From assembly GCA_002952755.1 (NCBI GenBank), contig CP025011.1, forward strand, positions 990,001-1,022,000: a stretch of DNA of 32,000 nucleotides, read 5' to 3'. The notes under the pieces were generated by a model. It was not told the DNA's origin. It worked only from the letters and a program-made list of their open reading frames with translations, and searched no databases. Both the position numbers and the translations under genes were made by a program. Source of the DNA: Candidatus Saccharimonadota bacterium (lineage in GTDB: Bacteria; Patescibacteriota; Saccharimonadia; Saccharimonadales; UBA4665). Shown here piece by piece: positions 1 through 9,026 of the stretch (position 1 is its first letter; each line of letters opens with the position of its first letter).

Positions 1-606
1 AAGGATATTGCTGAGGCTGTTGCCAAGCGCCTGCAACGTTTAGGTGTTGAGGTGCTGCTCGATACGGCCGTCAAAGGCCAGACTGCTGATGCACTGATGG
101 TGGGTGACAGTCCAATCAAAACCGAAACTGTCGTCTGGACCGCAGGCGTCAGCATCAATCCGTTCTTTAAAGCGAATAACTTCGCTATGACCGAGCGCAA
201 TAAAGTTGTCGTGGATGAGTATTTACAGGCCGAGCCAGATATTTATGTACTCGGCGACAACGCCGCTACCGAATTCAGCGGCCTGGCCCAAACTGCACTG
301 CACGATGGTATCTATATCGCCAAAAACATCATTCGCAGGTCGTACGGCGACGAACCAGAAAAGTACCTGCCAAAAGAGCCAATCTACGTGATACCAGTCG
401 GCAAAAACTGGGCCAGCGTCCAGTGGGGCAAGCTGCACTTCGGCGGTCTCGTTGGCTGGTTCTTGCGCCTTGCGGCCGATCTCGTCGGCTTTCACGACCT
501 CGAGCCCTGGCCTAAAGCCAGTAAGCAGCTGCTGGTGAGTATGAGCCACGAAAATTTCGGTGATTGCCCAGCCTGCAATAAAAAAGAGAGCGCTCCAGCC
601 GCCTAG
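1..606 (+). CDS. Type II NADH dehydrogenase-like FAD-dependent pyridine nucleotide-disulfide oxidoreductase, C-terminal part (5' end lies outside the window)
   Basis: Frame 1 is open from base 1 (KDIAEAVAKRLQRLGVEVLL...) to the TAG at 604-606. The motifs TVVWTAGV and DIYVLGDNA are typical of the C-terminal FAD-binding segment of NDH-2-type flavoproteins. Confidence 0.65.
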   Translation, partial: KDIAEAVAKRLQRLGVEVLLDTAVKGQTADALMVGDSPIKTETVVWTAGVSINPFFKANNFAMTERNKVVVDEYLQAEPDIYVLGDNAATEFSGLAQTALHDGIYIAKNIIRRSYGDEPEKYLPKEPIYVIPVGKNWASVQWGKLHFGGLVGWFLRLAADLVGFHDLEPWPKASKQLLVSMSHENFGDCPACNKKESAPAA

Positions 607-668
607 CGGCACCTAAACGACAGAGCATGCCTTTACTGGTATTTTTTCGCTTGGGTATCAACCTCTAG

Positions 669-674
669 TACAAT
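669..674 (+). promoter_or_regulatory. -10-like hexamer TACAAT, 6 nt upstream of the helicase ATG (leaderless-type arrangement)
   Basis: TACAAT at 669-674 is followed by agccac and then ATG at 681. There is no purine-rich SD in between, and only a weak -35 (TTCGCT/TTTCGC) 17-18 nt upstream. Confidence 0.4.
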
Positions 675-680
675 AGCCAC

Positions 681-3600
681 ATGAGCAAGTACGAGGAGGC
701 GTTAGCAGCACTCAACAACGCGCAAAAGCTGGCGGTGACCACCACCGAGGGACCAGTCTTAGTTATTGCCGGGCCGGGCACTGGTAAGACGCAGCTGCTC
801 ACCACCCGGATTGCCCATATTCTGGCGACCACCGATACACTACCGCAAAACGTTTTGTGCTTAACCTTTACCGACTCTGCAGCCCAAACGATGCGAGAGC
901 GTTTGAGTGCCATGGTAGGCAAGGCCGCCTATGATGTTTCCATCAGCACCTACCACGCCTTTGGCAGCGAACTCATTCGCCGCTTCCCGGATTACTTTTT
1001 AGAAGATGATGACTTGCAGCCGGTCGACGACCTCGGCATGGATCGCATCTTCCGCGACATTATTGCCAATCTACCATACAGCAACCCGCTCAAGCATGCC
1101 GACATGTATCTGCAGGATATCAAAACGCTTGTCTCTGACGCCAAACGAGCACTTTTAACACCGGACGACCTTCGAAAGATCGGCAAGGCTAACTTGACCT
1201 GGATTGGCAAAGCGAATCCCGTCGTGAGCGAAACGCTTGGCGTCATTGCCCGCATCGATAAAAAAAACCTGCCGCTCTTCACGCAATTAGCCAAAGTCTT
1301 ACCGCCCGCAGAAAGCAATACAAACCAAATACCGACATTGGCCGAGTTATGCCTATCTCAACTACAGGAGGCAGTGGATGCGGCTGAAGTGTCAGGCAAG
1401 ACTGCAACGATAACTGCTTGGAAAAATGATTGGCTTGCCAAAGACAACGCGGGGCATTTTATCGTGGACGGTCTAAAAGTTAACCAAAAACTCCTCGCTG
1501 CTGCTGATATTTACGAGCACTATCTGCAAGCCCTCAAAACGCGTGGTTTCTTCGATTACGACGACATGATCCTGCGCGCAGTACGAGCCCTCGAAGCCAA
1601 CAACGATTTTCGCTACACCCTCCAGGAACAATATCAGTATATCTTGCTGGACGAATTCCAGGACACCAACGGCGCTCAATTGCGTCTGGTAGAGCTGCTT
1701 ACCGACAACCCGGTGCACGAAGGACGCCCGAATGTGCTAGCCGTAGGTGATGACGACCAAGCCATTTATGCCTTCCAGGGTGCCAATTACTCACATATGC
1801 TGCAATTTAACGACCTCTACAGAGATGTATTGGTGGTACCGCTTACCGAAAATTATCGCTCCCATCCCGACATTCTGCAAACAGCACGCGGTATTGCCGA
1901 GCAGGTTGAAGAGCGTTTACATCATCATTTCCCCAAGATCGAAAAAACACTCCTCGCTCGAGCAAAGCATTTGCCAGAACGCGCTGTTGTCGAACGGCGC
2001 GAAGCACGAAGCGATGTGATGGAATTCGCCTGGGTCGCGAGACACATCGAAACGCTCATCCAATCCGGAGTGCCGGCAAACGAGATCGCCGTGCTGGCCC
2101 CGCAGCATAAATATTTGATGCCGCTCGTGCCGTTTCTGCAAACGGCCGGTATCGCTGTTCGCTATGACAAGCGCGAAAACGTACTCGACGACCCTGCCAT
2201 CATCCAGCTCCTGCACATGGCCGAACTGACCCTGGCTTTAAGCACTGGCGATCAGGCCCGAGCGAACGCTCTTTGGGCAGAAGTGCTCAGCTTCGACTTC
2301 TGGAACCTGTCCACCAGCCAAATATGGCGTCTGAGCTGGCAGGCCACCAGCGAGGCACGGAGCTGGACCGAAGAGCTACTTGCCGATGAGACGCTCCAGC
2401 CCATCGCCCTTTTCTTCGTCCGTTTGAGTTTGCTCGCAAAAACCGAAACGCTTGAAACACTGTTCGACTACTTAATAGGCAGCAAACCTTGCGATATGCA
2501 CGAGCCTGGTCATGCATCGTTCACCTCGCCCTTTTATACTCATTACTTTGGAGAGGAGCCAGCACTGAGGGAAGCTACCAGCTCATTCTGGGAATTACTC
2601 AGCAACCTGATTGTACTGCGTGCACGACTACGCGAATATCATAAGGATGGCGATACGGCGTTCATCCTAGCTGACCTGCTGGATTTTGTAGCAGCCCACC
2701 GGGCCGCCGACATAAAGATTCTCAATACTAGTCCTTATGCCTCGGGCGCTGAAGCAGTACAGCTCATGACCGCTTTTAAGGCAAAAGGCATGGAATTTGG
2801 CGCCGTTTTCGTGCTGGCAGTACAAGATGAAGCCTGGGGTAGTAAAGCACGCCGAATGGGGAATCGCCTCAGCCTGCCACCCAATCTGCAATTTATCCGC
2901 TACGCTGGCGCTACGAACGACGAACGATTGCGCCTTTTTTATGTGGCGATTACCCGGGCCAAATCACAACTTTACCTGACCAGTTATACACATACCTATG
3001 GTGGCAAATCGCTCACCAGACTCAAATATCTAGATGAGTCAGAAAACAGCGAAGGAATGGTGGTAAGTCCCTTGCTGCCGGAAAATAGCAACTTAGTCCT
3101 GCCAGCCGAAGAGCAGGCACCCTCACCGACCACCGAGCTCGCGGGCTATTGGCAGCAGCGTCACGAAGCAGCACTCGACGGTGCCGACGCTAAAGCAATG
3201 CTCGTTGATCGGCTGCGTGATTTTCAGTTGAGTCCTACGCATATCAATGATTTTGTTGATGTAGTCAACTGCGGGCCGCAAGCTTTTTTCATGCGCACTA
3301 TTCTACGCTTTCCACAGGCACCGCAACCACAAATCCACTATGGGAACGCCATGCACGAAACATTGGAGTGGATACACGTAACGGCTCAAAAAACAGGCAC
3401 GGTGCCAACTATCGAAGCAGTCCAGACCACCTTTGCGCGCAAATTACATGCCAAACATCTAAGCGAGCAGGACAACGTTCTCTTTTTGGAGCGTGGCCAA
3501 CTCGCATTGGAAGTGTATATGGCGCAACGGGCATCGGCGATCACTATAGACACCGTAAATGAATACAGTTTTAAGAACGAAGGCGTATTTATCGGCAAAG

Positions 3601-4019
3601 CGCACTTGGGAGGCAAAATCGACAAACTCATTATCGACCGCGCTAAAAAAGAAGTTACCATCGTTGATTACAAAACAGGCAAGAGCCACACCCGCTGGAC
3701 GAATGAAGTAAAGCTGCACAAATATCGCCAGCAGTTGTATCTGTACAAGGCACTTGTGGAGGGATCACATACCTTCCGCGGCTATAAGGTAGTTGATGCT
3801 TATCTGGATTTTGTTGAGCCAGACGAAGACGGCACTATCCAAAGCTTACATGTACAATTCGACGACACTGAGTTTATGAACATTAAAAAGCTAGCCGAAG
3901 TGATATGGGACTCCATAACCACCGTGCATTTACCGGATATTTCTGGCTATAGCCAGGATCTGCGTGGGCTACAGGCCTTTGAAGCCGACCTGATCAGCGA
4001 CCAGCAATCGCTTGTTTGA
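681..4019 (+). CDS. SF1 UvrD/PcrA/AddA-type ATP-dependent DNA helicase fused to a C-terminal PD-(D/E)xK (RecB-like) nuclease domain
   Basis: 1112-aa ORF with all SF1 motifs: Walker A AGPGTGKT, motif II LLDEFQDT, motif III GDDDQAIYAFQGA, ENYRS, TAFKAKGMEF and YVAITRAK. The C terminus has GKIDKLI...VTIVDYKTGK...YRQQLYLY, matching the RecB-family D...(D/E)xK...QxxxY pattern. Confidence 0.85.
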   Translation: MSKYEEALAALNNAQKLAVTTTEGPVLVIAGPGTGKTQLLTTRIAHILATTDTLPQNVLCLTFTDSAAQTMRERLSAMVGKAAYDVSISTYHAFGSELIRRFPDYFLEDDDLQPVDDLGMDRIFRDIIANLPYSNPLKHADMYLQDIKTLVSDAKRALLTPDDLRKIGKANLTWIGKANPVVSETLGVIARIDKKNLPLFTQLAKVLPPAESNTNQIPTLAELCLSQLQEAVDAAEVSGKTATITAWKNDWLAKDNAGHFIVDGLKVNQKLLAAADIYEHYLQALKTRGFFDYDDMILRAVRALEANNDFRYTLQEQYQYILLDEFQDTNGAQLRLVELLTDNPVHEGRPNVLAVGDDDQAIYAFQGANYSHMLQFNDLYRDVLVVPLTENYRSHPDILQTARGIAEQVEERLHHHFPKIEKTLLARAKHLPERAVVERREARSDVMEFAWVARHIETLIQSGVPANEIAVLAPQHKYLMPLVPFLQTAGIAVRYDKRENVLDDPAIIQLLHMAELTLALSTGDQARANALWAEVLSFDFWNLSTSQIWRLSWQATSEARSWTEELLADETLQPIALFFVRLSLLAKTETLETLFDYLIGSKPCDMHEPGHASFTSPFYTHYFGEEPALREATSSFWELLSNLIVLRARLREYHKDGDTAFILADLLDFVAAHRAADIKILNTSPYASGAEAVQLMTAFKAKGMEFGAVFVLAVQDEAWGSKARRMGNRLSLPPNLQFIRYAGATNDERLRLFYVAITRAKSQLYLTSYTHTYGGKSLTRLKYLDESENSEGMVVSPLLPENSNLVLPAEEQAPSPTTELAGYWQQRHEAALDGADAKAMLVDRLRDFQLSPTHINDFVDVVNCGPQAFFMRTILRFPQAPQPQIHYGNAMHETLEWIHVTAQKTGTVPTIEAVQTTFARKLHAKHLSEQDNVLFLERGQLALEVYMAQRASAITIDTVNEYSFKNEGVFIGKAHLGGKIDKLIIDRAKKEVTIVDYKTGKSHTRWTNEVKLHKYRQQLYLYKALVEGSHTFRGYKVVDAYLDFVEPDEDGTIQSLHVQFDDTEFMNIKKLAEVIWDSITTVHLPDISGYSQDLRGLQAFEADLISDQQSLV

Positions 4020-5265
4020 GCGCAGTATAGGCGGGCTTTTTAGAACCGTCGGCCCGGAACAATCCAAAAAAGTTTTCGTTGGTACTGTGGTCGGTCCCGG
4101 CGTCTTTATAGCTATACCACATCATCGGCCCTACCCAGTCATAGGAACGGTACAGTGCGGCAGCGCGACTAGCCATATCGGCTTGCAATTGCTCGTCGAC
4201 GTGCCAGGTATTATGTACCGTGCTGTAGTTATCTTCGGTTGCCGCCGGGCCCGGGCCGCCAGTGGGCGCACCGAACTCTGTTATCCAGATCTTCTTTACG
4301 CTATCGCCATTTGCTGTCATGATCCCTCGTAGGCTCACACCAGTCTGGGACATGCGTGACCACGCCTGGCCAGTACTATTCGAAGGCAACAACGGGTAGG
4401 TGTAGGGATGGTCGGCTACCGCATCAAAAAAGCCTTTGCCACCAGCATTGTAGATTCCTTGCAAAAAATCCAACTCTGATATATTGTTACCCGCGCTATC
4501 CTGAGGCGACAGGCCACCAGTCATGACTAGCGCCAATGGGTTCGCTAGTTTTATGGCCGTATAGGCCATTTGCAACAGCTTGGTATAGGCTGCCGGACTA
4601 GCTGCCGGGTGCCAAAAGTCTGCCGTGTTGGGCTCGTTCCAAATTTCCCAAGTCTGCAGACCCATCGGCGCGTAGCGTATTGCAGCCTGCGCTGCGAATG
4701 CGGCAAACTGCGTGGGATCTTTCGGCGGGCATTGCGCGCTGCCACAACCAGCAGCCCGGGCCCAATCCGGGGTATAGGCTAAGATGCCGAGCATCTTGAG
4801 ATGGTGATTTGCCGCAGCTTTTACGACTTTATCATAACCAGACCAATCGTAATGAGCCGCATCTTGAGGTTGGATATTGGGCCACGCTACATCAAAGCGC
4901 ACCCAGCTGGCACCTATGCTCACGATATCGTCTAGCTCTTTATTTATATCCTTTACGCTCATGCCTGCCATCGTACCTCCAGCGGCAATGCCGTAAGCAT
5001 GCAGCGGATCGGTCACATGAGACAAGGGGAGTGTAGGCACACCAGTGCCAGGAACAGTGAGACCTGCGGTAGACAAGGAAGAGTTATTGCCAAGGGCCCG
5101 CTCAACGTGGTCGCGCCAGTGCCCGTACTCGCGAAACACCACCGCCTGCCAAGGGGCAACCACAATCACTATAAGCAACGCACTATATAGCCCCAGCATA
5201 ACTTTGCTGCGCTGTCGCGGCCCGCGGCCGTGCACATATCTCATCCGTCGCCGAGACACCCTCAT
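3994..5265 (-). CDS. Membrane-anchored clan GH-A (GH5/cellulase-like) glycoside hydrolase
   Basis: 423-aa ORF with an N-terminal hydrophobic anchor (LGLYSALLIVIVVAPW). It has a TIM-barrel glycosidase signature: WEIWNEPN (acid/base NEP) and WITEFG (nucleophile Glu). Alternative ATG starts lie at 5244 and 5199. Its 3' end overlaps the helicase 3' end by 26 nt (convergent). Confidence 0.7.
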   Translation of the reverse strand: MRVSRRRMRYVHGRGPRQRSKVMLGLYSALLIVIVVAPWQAVVFREYGHWRDHVERALGNNSSLSTAGLTVPGTGVPTLPLSHVTDPLHAYGIAAGGTMAGMSVKDINKELDDIVSIGASWVRFDVAWPNIQPQDAAHYDWSGYDKVVKAAANHHLKMLGILAYTPDWARAAGCGSAQCPPKDPTQFAAFAAQAAIRYAPMGLQTWEIWNEPNTADFWHPAASPAAYTKLLQMAYTAIKLANPLALVMTGGLSPQDSAGNNISELDFLQGIYNAGGKGFFDAVADHPYTYPLLPSNSTGQAWSRMSQTGVSLRGIMTANGDSVKKIWITEFGAPTGGPGPAATEDNYSTVHNTWHVDEQLQADMASRAAALYRSYDWVGPMMWYSYKDAGTDHSTNENFFGLFRADGSKKPAYTALKQAIAGR

Positions 5266-5662
5266 AGCACTACCATTATGCTACCCGATACTGCCAGCAA
5301 AGAAAAGCAGGGCATTCAAATCACAAACATCATTACCCATTGTGGTCATCTGCTAAGGGGTGGCTCTGGAAGCCGGAGCTGACCTTTTAGGAAGCAGGGT
5401 AGTGATATGAGTCAACGACAGCTTTAACATCAGCCGAGTCATCTTTCATGATAGCTTGAGCCGTTCCTGCGGCATCATAGGAATTGCCCTGATCGTCAGC
5501 GACAAAAAAGACCGAGTCGGCAGTGTCGTATGTATGGCCGCCGACCAAAATAATGTAGAGCTACTTGTGGTCAGGGCCAGCGCGAAAAGTCCAGGGAGGG
5601 ATTCTTAGCTATAAAATTATCAGAAAAATGTTAAAAATATAATTGCGTTTTACAGTTCGTTA

Positions 5663-5678
5663 CCTGCTTATTAGCAGG
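5663..5678. repeat. Inverted repeat CCTGCT-tatt-AGCAGG upstream of the putative promoter
   Basis: Six-bp perfect arms at 5663-5668 and 5673-5678, about 20 nt upstream of the TTGAAT -35 box. It could be an operator or a small hairpin. Confidence 0.25.
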
Positions 5679-5697
5679 ATTTACTTGTGAAACAATA

Positions 5698-5726
5698 TTG
5701 AATTTCTGGATATATCAGTGTAGTAT
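5698..5726 (+). promoter_or_regulatory. Sigma70-like promoter TTGAAT-17 nt-TAGTAT for the GT2 synthase module
   Basis: TTGAAT at 5698-5703, an exact 17-nt spacer, and TAGTAT at 5721-5726 (TATAAC overlaps at 5724-5729). It lies in an AT-rich intergenic region just upstream of the ATG at 5738. Confidence 0.4.
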
Positions 5727-5917
5727 AACAACGACAAATGGGGAGTTTAGGTGGTGTATTTTCTTGGGTCCGACGCAAGTCCGTTTCTAGTGCTGTGGTA
5801 TCTGTTCGTAGCGTTTTTTGGCGTTGTTATGTTCGCGCATCTACTATCCGCTGGGGCTGGTTGGATGCTGCGGCGTCGCGTACGCAACATGCTGAAAGCG
5901 CACACTCAGGAAAAGTC

Positions 5918-6559
5918 ATGAACAAACGAATCAAGCGTAGACTGCTGTGGCTAGGCCGCCGGGCTGTGTTCGGCGGATGTGCAGTGGTGAGCGTATTTCT
6001 TTTGATGTCAGGATATGAGTCGATTACCAATCGACCCCTCCCTTGGGTACACACAATAGACAAAGTGAACCTTGTCGCTTTTAGCCACGATTACACCTTT
6101 CGCGTACCGCCCACTAGTAGCACTAGCTCACTCTATGGCAATTTTGGCAAACCTAGCACCCTCAAGCTACCCGAGGCTTCACTTCGCCTCAATATCGTTG
6201 CGCCCATCAAGCAAAATACGACATGGCTGGCCAGGGCCGGCACCCTCCAACTGCTCGTGCCGAAGCCACCCCGGGCAGGGAATATCGGCGCGGCCTTTTT
6301 GTACTGTCGCAGCAGTTTCCGCACCATCAGTGCACGTAATATGCCAACGGTCGGACAGAACATCTTTATGGATACCGAAGGAAGCTGGCGGTATGTGTAC
6401 CGCGTTTCCAGCGCTAAGCAAATCTCCGAGAACCAGCCTTATGTACCGAGCGATGACGGTACGCAAGGCAAGCTTATCGTCGACTGCAATGATTCAGGAC
6501 AAAAAGTTAACTATATAATAGAAGGGGATTTACTTTCCGTGCAAGGAATCCAGCAATGA
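5918..6559 (+). CDS. Hypothetical membrane-anchored protein, first gene of the GT2 synthase module (alternative start 5738)
   Basis: ATG at 5918 is preceded by AGGAAAAG and starts with a basic stretch plus TM anchor (MNKRIKRRLLWLGRRAVFGGCAVVSVFLLMSGY). Its stop overlaps the next ATG (ATGA at 6556-6559). The 60 codons upstream of 5918 are R/S/W-rich and do not look protein-like. Confidence 0.6.
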   Translation: MNKRIKRRLLWLGRRAVFGGCAVVSVFLLMSGYESITNRPLPWVHTIDKVNLVAFSHDYTFRVPPTSSTSSLYGNFGKPSTLKLPEASLRLNIVAPIKQNTTWLARAGTLQLLVPKPPRAGNIGAAFLYCRSSFRTISARNMPTVGQNIFMDTEGSWRYVYRVSSAKQISENQPYVPSDDGTQGKLIVDCNDSGQKVNYIIEGDLLSVQGIQQ

Positions 6560-7857
6560 CAAACGCCGCCCTATTCAGTTTCTTCCGCGATATGACCATT
6601 TTGCTAGCAACTACCATGCTGGTGAAATACTTTGTCTTTTTGATGTTATCGGCCTATTTCCCAGTGCGCGAGCAACTGCGCCGAAGGCGTGTCCTGCGCC
6701 GGGAGATCAAAAAAAATGGGTTCATTGAACCGTATCAGCCACTGGTTACCGTGATTATCCCAGCCTGGAACGAAGCCGTGGGTATTCTTCGAACAATCAA
6801 ATCAATCATCGCCAACGATTACAATAAGATTGAGTTGGTGGTAGTGAATGACGGATCGACCGATGATTCGCGCGAGCTCGTCGATGCCTATATTGAGGAA
6901 TATAAAACGACTCACAAAAGAGGCAAAGAACTGCAATACTTCAGGCAATACTACATCCCCAATGGCGGCAAAGGCCGGGCCCTCAACCAAGGTATCAAGA
7001 AGAGCAAAGGGGAGATTATCCTTACCATGGATGCCGACTCGGTCTTAGCCCCGGACGCTATCAGCAAGCTCATCGAATATTTTCGGGATGAGCGTATTGC
7101 CGCTGTCGTCGGGCAAGTGCGGGTAGGCAACACCAACGGCCGACTCATTGGACGTATGCAGCAACTTGAGTACCTCTTTGGCTTTTACTTTAAGCGCGCC
7201 CACTGCGTGATGGGAGCAGAATACATTTACGGCGGCGCTTGTGCAGCGTTCCGGCGCAGCGCCACTTTCGACTACTTTGGGCTCTTCGACGAAAAGAACA
7301 AAACCGAAGACATCGAGATGTCGATGCGCAGCAAATTCCATGGACTGCGCTCATTGTACGCTGAAGACGTCATTTGCTACACCGAAGGCGCCAGCAACTA
7401 CTGGGGGCTTATAAACCAACGTTTGCGGTGGAAGAAAGGCCGGTTTGATACCTTTTTGGCATATCGCCGCATGTTCTTTTCGCTGGATCGCAGGCACAAT
7501 AAGCCATTATCTTGGTTCATACTGCCGTATTCGATGTTTTCAGAATTACAGTTATTGCTTGAGCCAATCGGGGCCACCTTGCTCATTACTTACAGCTTAC
7601 TATCTGGCGAATTCGTATCTATAGCCATGAGTATGCTGTTTGTAGGCATATCGTACCTGGTGGTGGCATTATTTGGCGTGTCGTTGTCTTGGAAGGAACG
7701 CTTGCAGCTGATAGCACTCTGGCCATTCACATGGCTCCTGTTTTATATTGTTGTTTGGATCGAATTCCATGCATTGCTTCGCAGCGTGCACATGGTACTG
7801 CGTGGCGACGCGCTGGAATGGCAACACTGGCAGCGGGAAGGAGTGGAGGTCTCATGA
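6556..7857 (+). CDS. Processive family-2 glycosyltransferase (PgaC/IcaA/NodC/cellulose-synthase-like beta-glycan synthase)
   Basis: 433 aa with an N-terminal TM and C-terminal multi-TM region. GT2 signatures are VVNDGSTDDS, TMDADS (D159/D161) and QRLRW (Q288-W292, nt 7417-7431), the Q(R/Q)xRW hallmark of processive synthases. Size is similar to PgaC/IcaA/NodC. Confidence 0.85.
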   Translation: MTNAALFSFFRDMTILLATTMLVKYFVFLMLSAYFPVREQLRRRRVLRREIKKNGFIEPYQPLVTVIIPAWNEAVGILRTIKSIIANDYNKIELVVVNDGSTDDSRELVDAYIEEYKTTHKRGKELQYFRQYYIPNGGKGRALNQGIKKSKGEIILTMDADSVLAPDAISKLIEYFRDERIAAVVGQVRVGNTNGRLIGRMQQLEYLFGFYFKRAHCVMGAEYIYGGACAAFRRSATFDYFGLFDEKNKTEDIEMSMRSKFHGLRSLYAEDVICYTEGASNYWGLINQRLRWKKGRFDTFLAYRRMFFSLDRRHNKPLSWFILPYSMFSELQLLLEPIGATLLITYSLLSGEFVSIAMSMLFVGISYLVVALFGVSLSWKERLQLIALWPFTWLLFYIVVWIEFHALLRSVHMVLRGDALEWQHWQREGVEVS

Positions 7858-9026
7858 AACGGCGGCATTTAGCATTTATCAATCTTGTCTTTGTAGGGCT
7901 CATGCTCTTTTCTTCGGGCATGGTGTATCAATTTATGACGGGTAGTAAGCCATTAGCTGCACTGGACATCTTCAAACATACCAGCACGGTAAAAATAACT
8001 ACCGCCAACTGCAATGCACGTGCTCCCATTGCCTTAAGCGGGGCACAAAGCCCATACCTGTACAAGCTTGCCGTCTACCAAGAGGCCTGTCACTCTTTTG
8101 TCACGAGCACTATGATGATCTTCGTCGGCATGCCCACCTCCGATCAAACGGCACATGACAGCGCCGCTCAAACCGCCGCAGTGCTCAAAGAATTCGGCCA
8201 CTACGGCATTCGCCCGCTGGTGATTGCAGAGCCTACCGACTACGCTACCGGCGAAAATCTCGACTTCGGTTCCTGTGCCAACGGAACGTATGACGCACTT
8301 CTAGACACCTATTTCTCACAGCTCAAGAGCCTTGGCGTCACCGATCAGCAGATGGGTATATGGAACCCCTTTCCTGAGGCAAACCTGCCGTACTGGAAAG
8401 ACAATCTTTCGCAATATTTTGCTCCGGCAGTGAACGATTATGTCGGCCTCCTCCGCAAAAACTTCCCTCAGGCCAAGACAAGCATCATGCTCAACACCGC
8501 AACCTACGAGCCAACCGACTTTAACTGGCAGAACGGGGACTACACGAGCCTACTGCCTTATGTGAAGGGCATCACCCCTGGCTCGATCGATTATGCCGGC
8601 CTGGAAGGCTTCCCCTGGATACCTCCCCAAGGCGGGACTGGACCGATTCTTAACGCTGCAGAATTTTTGAATCCATCTATCATCAGCGAAACTGCCGATT
8701 ATCTTAAGACCAAAAACATCTGGTTTAACGCTGGGACGTTCTCCGAAAAATACGCACTCGACCCTGCCCAAATCGCCTATTTGTCACCTGAACAACGAAA
8801 GGCTATCCTCAATACTATCGAAGAGCAGGCGCGGGTGCTGCAAAAACGTGGGTATCAGATATCAGTCAACATGTTCGCCCAAGACAAGAGCAAGGCGTCG
8901 GAAGAGACGAATTGGTCGTACTGGAGCAACAATAGCCCCTTCACCTCGCTCGCTACTCCTGCGTTCACCGAATTCGTAAGCGACCTAGGCCAGCAAAAGA
9001 TAGACTTCTGGCTGTTCGACCAATAA
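7854..9026 (+). CDS. Hypothetical membrane-anchored extracytoplasmic protein, possibly a glycan-processing TIM-barrel hydrolase; third gene of the module
   Basis: ATG at 7854 overlaps the GT2 stop (ATGA). It has an N-terminal anchor (MKRRHLAFINLVFVGLMLFSSG). Candidate strand-end acidic motifs are IWNPFPEAN and GLEGFPW. The functional call is pattern-based only. Confidence 0.65.
   Translation: MKRRHLAFINLVFVGLMLFSSGMVYQFMTGSKPLAALDIFKHTSTVKITTANCNARAPIALSGAQSPYLYKLAVYQEACHSFVTSTMMIFVGMPTSDQTAHDSAAQTAAVLKEFGHYGIRPLVIAEPTDYATGENLDFGSCANGTYDALLDTYFSQLKSLGVTDQQMGIWNPFPEANLPYWKDNLSQYFAPAVNDYVGLLRKNFPQAKTSIMLNTATYEPTDFNWQNGDYTSLLPYVKGITPGSIDYAGLEGFPWIPPQGGTGPILNAAEFLNPSIISETADYLKTKNIWFNAGTFSEKYALDPAQIAYLSPEQRKAILNTIEEQARVLQKRGYQISVNMFAQDKSKASEETNWSYWSNNSPFTSLATPAFTEFVSDLGQQKIDFWLFDQ

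Noticed and set aside
3994-4019. A 26-nt convergent overlap of the helicase-nuclease and GH5-like genes as a regulatory feature
   Set aside because: Short 3'-3' overlaps are common in compact genomes, and no hairpin or other signal is embedded. It is noted only as evidence of gene density.
5738-5917. A 60-codon N-terminal extension of the first module gene (ATG at 5738)
   Set aside because: The extension is W/R/C/S-rich and does not look protein-like, whereas ATG 5918 has an AGGAAAAG SD and starts a normal basic-plus-TM anchor. It is kept only as an alternative, because the promoter sits right before 5738.
6072-6518. 148-aa ORF in an alternative frame of the first synthase-module gene
   Set aside because: The translation is low-complexity (S/P/R/A-rich). 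The competing frame has a TM anchor, an SD and an ATGA coupling to the GT2 gene.
7689-7853. N-terminal extension of the third module gene given in the ORF track
   Set aside because: It overlaps the GT2 C terminus in another frame. ATG 7854 forms an ATGA overlap with the GT2 stop and begins a typical signal-anchor.
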